Shown here in pieces: positions 40,159-50,030 of a stretch of DNA of 64,000 bases. A program made the translations under genes and the position numbers. Numbering within the stretch: the first letter of the stretch is position 1; each line of letters starts with the position of its first letter. The notes beneath the pieces are model-generated. The model did not search any database, was not told the DNA's origin, and saw nothing but the letters and a program-made list of their open reading frames with translations. Location: NCBI GenBank assembly GCA_019058245.1, contig JAHPZJ010000013.1, positions 73,166 to 137,165 of the forward strand, read 5' to 3'. The stretch comes from Promethearchaeota archaeon. GTDB taxonomy: Archaea; Asgardarchaeota; Lokiarchaeia; Sigyniarchaeales; SOKP01.

Positions 40159-40578
40159 ATAGGAAGAAGAAGACATCGAAGATGGGTTAATCAGCCACCT
40201 GAGAATTTTTATTTTATCAAGGATTCAACATTAACGGAAGAATCAATAACTCTAACTGTTGCTGAATTTGAAGCAATGAGATTAAAGCATTATTTAGATA
40301 TGAATCAAAAAGCAGCAGCTGAAAGAATGGGTATCAGTCAACCTACATTCTCAAGAATTCTTGAGAGTGCTCATAAAAAAAATACTCTCGCAATAATCGA
40401 GGGGAAAGATATTAAAGTTTATGGAGGGAATTTTGATTATAAATTAAGTTTTAAAGGTTATGGGTGTTTAAATTGTAATCATGAATGGGAAGATTCTAAT
40501 GCCTCCAAGGAGCGAAAAGTTAATTGTGTAAAATGTGATTCTAATAATGTATATTACTTTGAAAGAGCATTGATTTAG
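40159..40578 (+). CDS. DUF134 (UPF0251) DNA-binding protein with C-terminal Zn ribbon; probable ATA start
   Basis: (I)GRRRHRRWVNQPP...LTVAEFEAMRL..Q..AA..MGISQPTFSRIL.SA; CLNC...CVKC. GGTGA+6 nt precedes ATA. Confidence 0.85.
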   Translation: MGRRRHRRWVNQPPENFYFIKDSTLTEESITLTVAEFEAMRLKHYLDMNQKAAAERMGISQPTFSRILESAHKKNTLAIIEGKDIKVYGGNFDYKLSFKGYGCLNCNHEWEDSNASKERKVNCVKCDSNNVYYFERALI

Positions 40579-40630
40579 AATCTAATTTTGTTAAACCTTT
40601 CTCAAAACTAATATTAATTTTTAAGGAAGA

Positions 40631-41551
40631 TTATTCCCATAGTATTTTTTTTAGATTTTCAAAAATCTTTTTAATAACTATGCTTGCTTTAGAATCAGGA
40701 GCAAATTCGACCACAGATTCAGCATAAGACATCGCTTGTGGTATTGATAAATCAAAGGGAATTTCTCCTAATTTTATATATCCTGTATCAGAGATAAATT
40801 TTTGAAATTCTTCTGTGAAAGGACTCTTTAAATCAGATTTGTTTATAATCAAACCAAATGGAATTCCAAAATGTTGAATAACTTCTATTACACGTATTAA
40901 GTCGTGTAAACCTGAAGGTGTAGGTTCAGAAATCGTTATAACATAGTCTAAATTTGAAATAGTTGCAATTACAGGACAACCTATTCCTGGGGGCCCATCA
41001 ATTAAAATTAAATTACTATTATCAATATCTTTTGAATTGTTTACATATTCTTTAACATCTGATACTAATTTTCCGGAAGATGTACTTCCTAATCGAGTTT
41101 TACCATAAATTAGAGGAAATCCAATTTTACTTTTGTATGAAATAATTTCTCCACTTTTTACAGTATTGATTTCAAAAGCATGTTCTGGACATAAAACTCT
41201 ACATGCTCCACATCCTTCACATTTTAAAAAATCAATTATTGGAATTGAATTTTGGTTATCCCAATTTAAAGCATTAAATTCACAGAAGTGATCGTCAATG
41301 CATTTTTTACAATTCACGCATTGATCTTCGATAAATTTAGCTTTTCTTGTAGCAAAAGTGTCTTCCTTTTTTATTTTTGCTTCATCTAGAGCAGGAAGGA
41401 TAATAGCTAAATTTGGAGCATCAACATCACAATCCATAACAATAACTTGGGTTTTTATATCCTTTTGTGCCAAACTCGCTAATGAAGCCGTTAGTGAAGT
41501 TTTACCTACTCCTCCTTTCCCTGATACTATACCTACTATCTTTCGTTCCAT
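40631..41551 (-). CDS. MinD-superfamily P-loop ATPase with inserted ferredoxin domain
   Basis: SGKGGVGKT, DCDVDAPN, two Cys clusters, DGPPGIGCP, EPTPSGLHDL. Confidence 0.9.
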   Translation of the reverse strand: MERKIVGIVSGKGGVGKTSLTASLASLAQKDIKTQVIVMDCDVDAPNLAIILPALDEAKIKKEDTFATRKAKFIEDQCVNCKKCIDDHFCEFNALNWDNQNSIPIIDFLKCEGCGACRVLCPEHAFEINTVKSGEIISYKSKIGFPLIYGKTRLGSTSSGKLVSDVKEYVNNSKDIDNSNLILIDGPPGIGCPVIATISNLDYVITISEPTPSGLHDLIRVIEVIQHFGIPFGLIINKSDLKSPFTEEFQKFISDTGYIKLGEIPFDLSIPQAMSYAESVVEFAPDSKASIVIKKIFENLKKILWE

Positions 41552-41572
41552 TTATCATTCACTTCTTCTAAA

Positions 41573-42535
41573 TTATTGTTTTATTGTTTTTAACCATTTT
41601 TTCAAATTTTCATAAATTTGAGTAAAACCAATATAACCCGCGCCTTCTCTATTAAATCCGCTGTTTTTTTCCATAATTGGAGTTCCTTGACAATATGATT
41701 CTACGATATCGGAATCTAAAGGAATATCACCCAAAATCTCAATGTTTTCATGCTCTAATTCATTTAAGAATTGTTCTCTAAATCCTAATAATGAAGATCT
41801 ATTTACAATTACACGAGTTTCTTTACCTAATAATTTAATCAATTCCATTATTCTGATTAGATCTAATTTACCAAATTTTGTTGGTTCTGTTATAGGAATT
41901 ACAATATCAGCATCAGCAATTAAAAGTTCAACATCACAATGAGCCCCTGGAGCAGTATCTAAAATAATAATATCAAATTTGCTAGGCTCTTTCTCAATAA
42001 TAGTTTTAAGTTTTTCAAGAAGAGCCTCAACTATCGCAGCTGAACGAGCTTCTGAGGGTTTTAACTCACCTAATAAAAGGGAGAGTCCATTAACAGTAGT
42101 AGAATAAATCCATCCCATCGTTTTTGAATCTGCTTCAATTGCATTTTCAGGACAAATTTTATAACATAATTGACATCCTGAACATAGTGTTAACATTGGA
42201 ATTGGAAATGTATCCTTAACATGTAAAAGAGCATTTGATAAACAATTTTGAGAACATAGTCCACATTTAGAACATTTTTTTTCAATAATTTTAGGTTTGA
42301 AAAATGGAACTTCTTTTTTGTTTTCAAGTTTTCCATTTAATAATAAATACGTATTAGGGTTCTCTACATCACCATCTATAAGTAGAACTTTATTTCCTTC
42401 ATTTTTGAACATAACAGCAAGATTTACAGCACATAATGTTTTTCCTGTTCCTCCTTTACCCCCAGTAATACAAATTACGTTAGGTTTTATATGGTTCATT
42501 AGACCTGTTTTTCTCTCAATTAACTGATATCTCAC
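41573..42535 (-). CDS. MinD-superfamily P-loop ATPase with inserted ferredoxin domain
   Basis: GGKGGTGKT, DGDVENPN, CSKCGLC, CSGCQLC..CP, DTAPG..C, EPTKFG..DL. Confidence 0.9.
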   Translation of the reverse strand: MRYQLIERKTGLMNHIKPNVICITGGKGGTGKTLCAVNLAVMFKNEGNKVLLIDGDVENPNTYLLLNGKLENKKEVPFFKPKIIEKKCSKCGLCSQNCLSNALLHVKDTFPIPMLTLCSGCQLCYKICPENAIEADSKTMGWIYSTTVNGLSLLLGELKPSEARSAAIVEALLEKLKTIIEKEPSKFDIIILDTAPGAHCDVELLIADADIVIPITEPTKFGKLDLIRIMELIKLLGKETRVIVNRSSLLGFREQFLNELEHENIEILGDIPLDSDIVESYCQGTPIMEKNSGFNREGAGYIGFTQIYENLKKWLKTIKQ

Positions 42536-42547
42536 TTTTGGTTGATT

Positions 42548-42991
42548 CTATCTTCCCATTCCACGACCACCACCCATACCTCGACCGCCCCCCATTCCTC
42601 GGCCACCTCCCATTCCATAATGGGATGCAACATTTGAATTGGTGATTTTCTGTAATTTTCCTTCTAAATAGAGATTTATAACATCTTTTATTGTCATAGT
42701 TTCATTTGGAGCTTGAACGAGCTCTAAATTTAAAGCATTCAGTCCATTAGCAGCATTTGGTCCTAAAAATCCAACTATTACAATATTAGCACCATTATTT
42801 CCTATAATTTGAGCTGCTTGTACTCCCGCACCCCCCATCGCATTCGCAGCAGGATTAGGAACTGTTTTTACAGCTTTGATATCATTATTTTCAACTTCGA
42901 CAAATGTGAAACTTGCACATCTTCCAAAACGAGGACTTATCTGATCATTTAAACCTCCATTACCCATTGAAGGTACTGCAATAATACTCAT
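42548..42991 (-). CDS. NifB/NifX (Orange-protein-like) protein with GGGRGM tail
   Basis: SPRFGRC..F, GGAGVQAAQ, GPNA; C-terminal (GGGRGM)x3. Confidence 0.88.
   Translation of the reverse strand: MSIIAVPSMGNGGLNDQISPRFGRCASFTFVEVENNDIKAVKTVPNPAANAMGGAGVQAAQIIGNNGANIVIVGFLGPNAANGLNALNLELVQAPNETMTIKDVINLYLEGKLQKITNSNVASHYGMGGGRGMGGGRGMGGGRGMGR
42551..42618 (-). repeat. 18-bp degenerate tandem repeat encoding MGGGRG
   Basis: Three codon-varied copies at the 3' end of the nifX-like gene. Confidence 0.7.
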
Positions 42992-43040
42992 TTTTTTCTT
43001 TACCTTTTTAAATATAATTTTTAATAATAAGTTTTTAATT

Positions 43041-43060
43041 TAATGAATAATTATTCATTA
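43041..43060. promoter_or_regulatory. 20-bp perfect palindrome TAATGAATAATTATTCATTA
   Basis: Lies between the divergent nifX/minD and mrp/nifU operons. Confidence 0.88.
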
Positions 43061-43105
43061 TTAGTTAATACAAAATTTGAAAATATATAAATTTAACCAT
43101 TAAAT

Positions 43106-44005
43106 TTGATTACAATTAAGAGGTGTAAGATTATTCAAGATAAAGAAATCCCAGATATCGATTTGAAGAAGACAGTTGAACAAGGAAAGAAAGAAAAAAT
43201 GGATCAATTAACAGAAAATATAAAGGAAAATATGAGCAAAATTAAACATAAAATTGTAGTTATATCTGGTAAAGGTGGTGTGGGAAAAACTACTGTAGCA
43301 GTAAATCTTGCTATGAGTTTAGTTAGTTTTGGATTGAGAGTTGGAATTTTAGATGTGGATATTACAGGACCAAATATATTGAAAATGTTGGGTATTGACC
43401 CAAATCTTAAACCAAGGATTGATCCTGAGAAGAAAAGATTTTATCCCGTTAATGGACCTTTAAATCTTAAAACAATGAGTATGGCATTTCTCATTGAAAG
43501 TTCTGACTCACCTGTTATCTGGAGGGGTCCAATGAAAATGAGTGCCGTGAGACAATTTCTGGGGGAAGCAATTTGGGGAGAATTAGATTATTTAATTTGT
43601 GATTTGCCACCAGGAACTTCTGATGAAACACTGGATATTTTACAACTTATTCCAGATGAGAATGTTGTTGTAGTTTCTACTCCTCAAGAAGTAGCATTAA
43701 TGGATGCTAGAAAAACTATAAGAATGGCTCAGATTATGGAACGTAAAGTTTTAGGTATAATTGAGAACATGTCTGGTTTTAATTGTCCTCATTGTGGGGA
43801 ATATATTGATTTATATCCTCCAGGAGGAGTAACAAAAGCAGCTGAAGATTTTAATGTTAAATTATTAGGCAAAATTCCTTTCGAAATTGAAGTAAGTCAG
43901 CAAGGAGATCTAGGAATGCCTTTCACATTAAAATATCCAGATAGTGCATCCACAAAAGCTTTTAAAGAAACAGTTAAGACCATTCGAGAAATATTAGAAA
44001 AATAA
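43106..44005 (+). CDS. mrp: Mrp/NBP35 Fe-S cluster carrier ATPase (start may be ATT at 43133)
   Basis: SGKGGVGKT, DVDITGP, PVIWRGP, DLPPGT, ENMS..CPHC. Confidence 0.93.
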   Translation: MITIKRCKIIQDKEIPDIDLKKTVEQGKKEKMDQLTENIKENMSKIKHKIVVISGKGGVGKTTVAVNLAMSLVSFGLRVGILDVDITGPNILKMLGIDPNLKPRIDPEKKRFYPVNGPLNLKTMSMAFLIESSDSPVIWRGPMKMSAVRQFLGEAIWGELDYLICDLPPGTSDETLDILQLIPDENVVVVSTPQEVALMDARKTIRMAQIMERKVLGIIENMSGFNCPHCGEYIDLYPPGGVTKAAEDFNVKLLGKIPFEIEVSQQGDLGMPFTLKYPDSASTKAFKETVKTIREILEK

Positions 44006-44091
44006 AGAAATAATTTTTTTAAATTTTATAAATTATAAAATTTAAAATAATTTGTTGTATAATAAAAGCAACTTGAATTTGGAATTATAAA

Positions 44092-44532
44092 ATGCCATCA
44101 GATAATTTAGATAAATGGGTAGAAGAGATTCAGAAAGAGATTTTCGAAGAAGAAGTTAAGAGATATAATAAATATATTGTTGAATTGTTTCAAGATCCAA
44201 AAAATTGGGGTAAACCTCCTGAAGATCAAATAAGTGCATGGCATGCTTATGAAGGAAGTTGCGGTGATACTATGCAATTCTTTTTGAAGATAAAAGAAAA
44301 CATTATTGAAAAAGCCAATTTTATTACAGATGGCTGTGGTGCTACTATAGCAGCAGGAAGCCAAATTACTATGATGGTTGAGGGAAAATCCTTAGAATTT
44401 GCAGAAAAATTAAAACCTATTGATATAGATAACGCTTTACAAGGTTTACCCGATGATCATAAACATTGTGCGGAATTAGCAGTAACTACTTTAAAACGTG
44501 CAATTGAGAAATACAAGATCCAAAATCCTTGA
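44092..44532 (+). CDS. NifU/IscU-like Fe-S scaffold
   Basis: PKNWG, GSCGD, DGCG..IA.GS, LP....HCA.LA. Confidence 0.9.
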   Translation: MPSDNLDKWVEEIQKEIFEEEVKRYNKYIVELFQDPKNWGKPPEDQISAWHAYEGSCGDTMQFFLKIKENIIEKANFITDGCGATIAAGSQITMMVEGKSLEFAEKLKPIDIDNALQGLPDDHKHCAELAVTTLKRAIEKYKIQNP

Positions 44533-44550
44533 TTTGTTTTTTTTAATAAT

Positions 44551-45486
44551 ATGAAATATATATATGGTCCCGTTCCTAGTAGGAGATTAGGAAATTCCTT
44601 GGGAATTGATCCACTTCCTTCGAAGACATGCAATTATCAATGTATATATTGTCAATTAGGGAAAACAACTAATTTTACTAATATTAGAAAAAATTTTTTT
44701 CCTAAAGAAGAAATAATATTAGAAATGGAAAAGGCTATAGAATTACATGATAATTCAATAGATTATATTACATTTGTAGGGAGTGGTGAACCCACCTTAT
44801 ATAAGGACTTAAAAGACTTATTAATAAAAGCAAAAGAGTTCTCTAAAAAACCAATTGCAGTCATTACAAATGGAAGTCTACTTAATAATAAAGAAGTTCA
44901 AGATGCTTTAATGCATTCAGATCTGGTTTTACCAAGCCTAGATGCGGGAAATGAACAAATATTTATTAGGATCAATCGTCCTCATCCTTCAATCAACTTT
45001 GAAGATATGATTGATGGTTTTATAAATTTTAGGAATATTTTTTATGGTAAATTCTGGATTGAAGTTATGTTAATAAGAGGAGTAAATGATTCAAAAAAAG
45101 AACTTCTAAAAATTAAAGAAAAGATAGACTTAATAAACCCTAATAGAATTGATATTAATGTTCCAATAAGGCCACCTGTAGAAAAATGGGTAAAAATTCC
45201 TGATAAAGAGACACTTTCATTTTTGAATAAGATCTTCGTTGATTATAAAAATATTAATTTTCCTGAGGAAGGAAAATTTAGTATTTATTCATCAGACTTG
45301 GAAACGGAACTATTATCAATACTTGAAAGACATCCAATGAGGCAAGATCAAATTATTAAAACATTTAGTTCTGCTAAATTTACTGAAGATGAAATAATTA
45401 CACAATTAGAACAACTTAAATCTCTAAAAAAGATAAAAGATATTCTATATAACAATCAAATATTTTGGATATTAGAAATAAATTAA
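44551..45486 (+). CDS. radical SAM protein
   Basis: YGPVPSRRLG.SLG, CNYQCIYCQLG, GSGEPTL. Confidence 0.9.
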   Translation: MKYIYGPVPSRRLGNSLGIDPLPSKTCNYQCIYCQLGKTTNFTNIRKNFFPKEEIILEMEKAIELHDNSIDYITFVGSGEPTLYKDLKDLLIKAKEFSKKPIAVITNGSLLNNKEVQDALMHSDLVLPSLDAGNEQIFIRINRPHPSINFEDMIDGFINFRNIFYGKFWIEVMLIRGVNDSKKELLKIKEKIDLINPNRIDINVPIRPPVEKWVKIPDKETLSFLNKIFVDYKNINFPEEGKFSIYSSDLETELLSILERHPMRQDQIIKTFSSAKFTEDEIITQLEQLKSLKKIKDILYNNQIFWILEIN

Positions 45487-45525
45487 ATCTATAATTCTGT
45501 TTAATAAATAAAAGTATTTGAACAC

Positions 45526-45906
45526 TTAATATTCAAGAAGTAGATCTTCTAAAGCATTAGTTACTTCAGGATTAAGATGATGCTCAATTTCACAAGATAA
45601 TTTTTCTACAATTGAATTATTTTTTAATTTAAGAACATTTCTAAAAAACCTAGATAAGCAATTATAGTTTTTGAGAGTGTTCTGAGCAATTTCCCTTCCT
45701 TTTTTAGTTAATCTTAGAGCTTTTCTAGGCTTCCAATTTATAAAACCATTCTTTTGTAGATTATATAACATGTTAGTAACTGAAGATGGTTTAACTTTTA
45801 AAAATTTAGAAATTTCGGAATTACAAGTCCAACCGCCTTTATTATTCTTAGCAATTAGATAAATTGCTTTTAGATAATCCTCATAACTTTCATAGATTTC
45901 TGACAT
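45526..45906 (-). CDS. DtxR/MntR metal-dependent transcriptional regulator
   Basis: EDYLKAIY, V.PSSVT.ML, LT.KG, CEIEHH. Confidence 0.9.
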   Translation of the reverse strand: MSEIYESYEDYLKAIYLIAKNNKGGWTCNSEISKFLKVKPSSVTNMLYNLQKNGFINWKPRKALRLTKKGREIAQNTLKNYNCLSRFFRNVLKLKNNSIVEKLSCEIEHHLNPEVTNALEDLLLEY

Positions 45907-45953
45907 TTTGAAACCTTTATTGAAATAACTTAAAAATTTAAAAAAAAAATAAT

Positions 45954-46322
45954 TTATTCTTTATTTTCTAATTCTGAAATTCTTTTAGAGATATTGTCGA
46001 GAGCATTTTTAATTCCGTTCATTTCATTTTCTAGATAATCCTTTTCTTGTTTGAGCATGGTTAACTGATTTTCTGGTGTTGAAACTGGTAATGATGCTGC
46101 AGGATAAGGAGGATACACCGGATCTCTATAACCATAACCCAAGCCCCAGCCATAACCTCCGCCTCTACCATATCCAAAACCTCTGCCTCTTCCCCAGCCT
46201 CTACCATATCCCATACCAGGACCTCTTGTATATCCTGGTGATTCAAAACCAGCACAATATCCTAAAGCTCTACCTGTCATTGGACCTAATCCTCTAGGTC
46301 CTGTTCTATCTCCACCGGGCAT
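45954..46322 (-). CDS. DUF5320 family protein
   Basis: MPGGDRTGP.G.GPMTGR..GYCAG, GRG-rich middle, C-terminal coiled coil. Confidence 0.88.
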   Translation of the reverse strand: MPGGDRTGPRGLGPMTGRALGYCAGFESPGYTRGPGMGYGRGWGRGRGFGYGRGGGYGWGLGYGYRDPVYPPYPAASLPVSTPENQLTMLKQEKDYLENEMNGIKNALDNISKRISELENKE

Positions 46323-46350
46323 ATTTTTTTTTAACCTCTATTAATTTTTA

Positions 46351-46425
46351 TGAATAATTATTCACTATATAATCTCATTATATATTATGTTGGCAAGTTA
46401 TTTAAACATTATGAATAATTATTCG
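46351..46425. promoter_or_regulatory. two copies of palindrome TGAATAATTATTCA flanking a TATA-like box
   Basis: 46351-46364 perfect; 46412-46425 one mismatch; TATTTAAA between them. Confidence 0.85.
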
Positions 46426-46619
46426 AAAAAAAAAATTTTATATTTAATATTTTATAATTAATTTCAGCAGATTATTGATATTTATATCAATAGGCATAAC
46501 TTTTTCTTTTAAAATATAGAAGGGAGATTTAATACATTGAAAATCTCTGTTTTCGTAGCTTATATTTAAAAAAAAATAGTATTAATATTATAAAAATAAA
46601 AAATCAAAGGTGATAATTT

Positions 46620-46985
46620 ATTAATCAAGAAAAAAAACATATTTTATATGTTCAAACTAGTCATGACCCCGAACGACAATATTCACCATTAGTATTAGCT
46701 CAAACTGCTAAAGCAATGGATATTGAAGCTACTGTTTATTATTTAGGCACGGCATTAAGAATACTAAAACCTGGAGAAGCTGAAAAAATAAAACTTGGTG
46801 CTTTTCCAAGTGTAAAGGAAATGATTGATAAAACTTTGGAGCAAGGAATAAAGATATTAGTTTGTGAGGCATCAAAAAGAATGTTAGGATGGGAAAAAGT
46901 AGATTTAATTCCAGGTGTGAAAATTGTTGGAGCTGCGACATTAAATGATTTAGTATTAGAAGTAGATGCAACTCAATGGTTTTAA
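46620..46985 (+). CDS. DsrE/DsrF-like sulfur-relay protein; probable ATT start
   Basis: In-frame extension (I)NQEKKHILYVQTSHDPERQYSPLVLAQTAKAM; G.KILVCE.S, IVGAAT. GGTGA+6 nt precedes ATT. Confidence 0.8.
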   Translation: MNQEKKHILYVQTSHDPERQYSPLVLAQTAKAMDIEATVYYLGTALRILKPGEAEKIKLGAFPSVKEMIDKTLEQGIKILVCEASKRMLGWEKVDLIPGVKIVGAATLNDLVLEVDATQWF

Positions 46986-47246
46986 ACTGAAAAATTTATA
47001 TCAACTTTTAAATTTTTAAAGCATATAAAAATCGTTAGAAATGTTTAAAAGTCGTTATGTATTATATTGATTTAGTAAAATATCTTCATAAATATTAAAT
47101 TTATATATTTATGTGTGGTATATTAATTTAAAGATAAAATAATTTTTAATTTTTTTATATTATTTATTAATAATTTGATACGCCTAAATTTTAATTCAAT
47201 GAATAATTCAATTATTATAGAAGAACAATGATCTTGGTGAAAGTAA

Positions 47247-47546
47247 ATTAATAATTTTTTATCAAAAGAAAAAGATAAGGAGACCGTTTTTTCTGCTCCG
47301 CTGATTAAATGTTTAACAGAATGTAAAAAAGAAGAAGAAGTTACTATAGTAAGTGTAAGAGCAGGTTATAACGCAAAAAGACGTCTTGCAAATTTAGGAA
47401 TTGTTCCAGGAGTAAAAATTAAAAAAAAACAATCTGCTCCTATGAGAGGACCTTTACAAATTATTGTTAAAGGAACATCCTTAGTAATCGGAAGGGGTTT
47501 AGCAGCAAAAATCTTTGTAAAATGCGATCCGAGTTGTGTACTATAG
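47247..47546 (+). CDS. feoA: ferrous iron transport protein FeoA (missed by the ORF track); probable ATT start
   Basis: Hand translation ...CLTECKKEEEVTIVSVRAGYNAKRRLANLGIVPGVKIKKKQSAPMRGPLQIIVKGTSLVIGRGLAAKIFV...; directly upstream of feoB. Confidence 0.88.
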   Translation: MNNFLSKEKDKETVFSAPLIKCLTECKKEEEVTIVSVRAGYNAKRRLANLGIVPGVKIKKKQSAPMRGPLQIIVKGTSLVIGRGLAAKIFVKCDPSCVL

Positions 47547-47618
47547 AGAACTAAAATAATTTTTATTAATATTTCATAAGAGGATTCTAAGTCAAGATAT
47601 AAACTAATAATAGAAATT

Positions 47619-49772
47619 ATGAGTTGTAATTTACCAAAAAGAAAAAAACGATTTAATCAAGAAATACATAATTATTCAATTAATATTGCATTAGCTGGTA
47701 ATCCAAATGTAGGGAAATCAGTTATATTTAACCAGTTAACAGGTCTTTCACAGACGATAGGAAATTGGCCTGGAAAAACTGTAGAGAAAATGGAAGGTTA
47801 TTTAGATTTTCTTGGTTATCATTTCAATATTGTAGATCTTCCTGGTATCTATTCATTATCAACATATAGTATTGAAGAGATTGTAAGTAGAGAATATATT
47901 ATCTCGGAAGAAGTTGATTTAATCATAAATGTAATTGATGCTACCAATTTGGAACGTAATTTATTTTTCACATTTCAACTTTTAGAGTTAAATGTCCCAA
48001 TTATTATTGCAATTAATCAAATGGATATTTTGCATAAGAGAAATATGGATATTGATTTTGAAAAACTAGAAAGTATATTTAAATTGCCAGTTCTCCCAGT
48101 AGTTGCAATTCATGGAATTGGAGTTCATCAACTACTTGAAGAAGCAATTGAAATGGTTGTATATAAACATCCACACTCACATCATAATAGCGACAGGTCC
48201 AAGAAATTTAATCATCATTCTCATGGTTATCATCGAACAGAACATATTCATAAAAGAGTAACATCGTGGTCATCATTAAAAAAAGAATTTAAATTTCCTA
48301 ATTTGTCCAATATTCTTTCCTTTGGAAAAGAAATTGAGTTAAAAGTTAAAGAAATTATAACCTCACTAGAGGATTATGAAAAACTTGATACTAATATAAA
48401 TTATCCTCTAAGGTTTTTGGCAATAAAACTTTTAGAAAATGATGATGAAATCAAAAAATTATTGGTAGATAATGAACCTTCCCCTCAAATAATACAAGTT
48501 GTTGAGAAATCTAGAAAAGAACTTGAAGATATTCATGGGGAGGATATTAATACTGTGATTTCATCAGAAATCTATAATAACATCCATAAAATTATTGATC
48601 AAGTTTTATTTGTGAAATCTGGTAAACAAGCTAAGAGAATTTCCATTGCTGACAGAATTGATCATCTTACTACCCATTCTATATGGGGATATATCATTTT
48701 GATATCTGTACTTTTCGGGACTTTTATGTTCACATTCATAATAGGCAATTTTTTTGGAGGTATATTAGATAATTTATATAGTGGATGGAGTGAAAGAATT
48801 TACTCCTTGTTTGGTGAAAATTCTCTGATTATAAAAATATTTTGGGATGGTGCGATGGGAGGTTTAATTGGCGCAATTGGTGGTGTTTTAGTATTTGTAA
48901 TTCCATTTTTTTTAATTATTGAAATCTTACAAGATTCTGGTTATTTACCGAGAGCTGCCTTTTTAATGGATAGGATCATGCACTCTCTCGGTGTTCATGG
49001 AAAAACAATTATTCCTATGATATTAGGCTTTGGATGTAATGTACCTGCTTGTGCAGGGTGTAGAATTATGGAAACTGAACGAGAAAAAAAAATATCTATT
49101 GTTTTAACATCTCTAGTTCCATGCGGAGCAACTATGACCGTAGTTATGGGTTTAGTAGGACGATACTTAGGTTTTGAATGGCTATTTTTGCTATTTGCGA
49201 TTAACTTTATAGTAATTTTGATTGTAGGCAGAATTCTAAATAAGATAATGCCCGGGACTTGTACAGAATTGATTATGGAAATGCATGAATATCGTGTTCC
49301 AAATTACAGTGTTATTGCTAAACAGACATGGCTAAGGACGAAAGAATTTGTAAATAAGGCTCTACCAATAATAGTTATTTTAGGAATTATTTTAGAAATA
49401 CTTTTGATTTTCAATGCTTTAGAACCAGTAAATTTTGTTTTATCACCTATTTCTGTACTTTGGCTGGGTTTACCTGTTACTGTTGGTGTATTTTTGATTT
49501 ATGGAATCTTACGTAAAGAGTTGACATTAGTACTTCTTGCTGTTTTTGCTCAAAATGTGGGATTAACAGTGTTAGAACTTTTGACTCCTATTCAGATGAT
49601 AGTATTTAGTTTAGTTACTATGCTTTATATCCCTTGTTTTGCTACAATTATCGTTATTGCTAAACAAACAAATTGGAAATACGCATTAAAAATATCTGCA
49701 ATGGAGATTGCTATAGCTTTGTTAATCGGAGGAATTATTAATTGGGGTTTCATTTTTATCTTTTCAATCTAA
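47619..49772 (+). CDS. feoB: ferrous iron transporter FeoB
   Basis: GNPNVGKS, GNWPGKTVE, DLPG.YSL, NQMD, DSGYLPR, GFGCNVP, YIPC. Confidence 0.96.
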   Translation: MSCNLPKRKKRFNQEIHNYSINIALAGNPNVGKSVIFNQLTGLSQTIGNWPGKTVEKMEGYLDFLGYHFNIVDLPGIYSLSTYSIEEIVSREYIISEEVDLIINVIDATNLERNLFFTFQLLELNVPIIIAINQMDILHKRNMDIDFEKLESIFKLPVLPVVAIHGIGVHQLLEEAIEMVVYKHPHSHHNSDRSKKFNHHSHGYHRTEHIHKRVTSWSSLKKEFKFPNLSNILSFGKEIELKVKEIITSLEDYEKLDTNINYPLRFLAIKLLENDDEIKKLLVDNEPSPQIIQVVEKSRKELEDIHGEDINTVISSEIYNNIHKIIDQVLFVKSGKQAKRISIADRIDHLTTHSIWGYIILISVLFGTFMFTFIIGNFFGGILDNLYSGWSERIYSLFGENSLIIKIFWDGAMGGLIGAIGGVLVFVIPFFLIIEILQDSGYLPRAAFLMDRIMHSLGVHGKTIIPMILGFGCNVPACAGCRIMETEREKKISIVLTSLVPCGATMTVVMGLVGRYLGFEWLFLLFAINFIVILIVGRILNKIMPGTCTELIMEMHEYRVPNYSVIAKQTWLRTKEFVNKALPIIVILGIILEILLIFNALEPVNFVLSPISVLWLGLPVTVGVFLIYGILRKELTLVLLAVFAQNVGLTVLELLTPIQMIVFSLVTMLYIPCFATIIVIAKQTNWKYALKISAMEIAIALLIGGIINWGFIFIFSI

Positions 49773-49811
49773 TTTAAAATTTTATTTAAAAAATTTTTGA
49801 AATACTCCTCC

Positions 49812-50030
49812 TTACCATGCTGAATGATTCAATATAGCATTAGTAGGGCAAATATCTAAACAGGCCATGCAATCAGTACACTCTCCAATATTTTTGGCAA
49901 CAACTTTTCCATCTATTAGTTCATATACCTCTACAGGGCATACATTAACACATTCTTCTGCTCCTACGCAAAGATCAAGATCTATTTCAACCCAATGTTC
50001 ATCTTCTTCCCATTTCTTTACATTTACCAT
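49812..50030 (-). CDS. ferredoxin
   Basis: CVGAEECVNVCP and CTDCMACLDICP. Confidence 0.88.
   Translation of the reverse strand: MVNVKKWEEDEHWVEIDLDLCVGAEECVNVCPVEVYELIDGKVVAKNIGECTDCMACLDICPTNAILNHSAW

Noticed and set aside
36576-44532. Nitrogen fixation suggested by NifB/NifX and NifU names
   Set aside because: No nifH, nifD or nifK in the window; these families are common in non-diazotrophic anaerobes.
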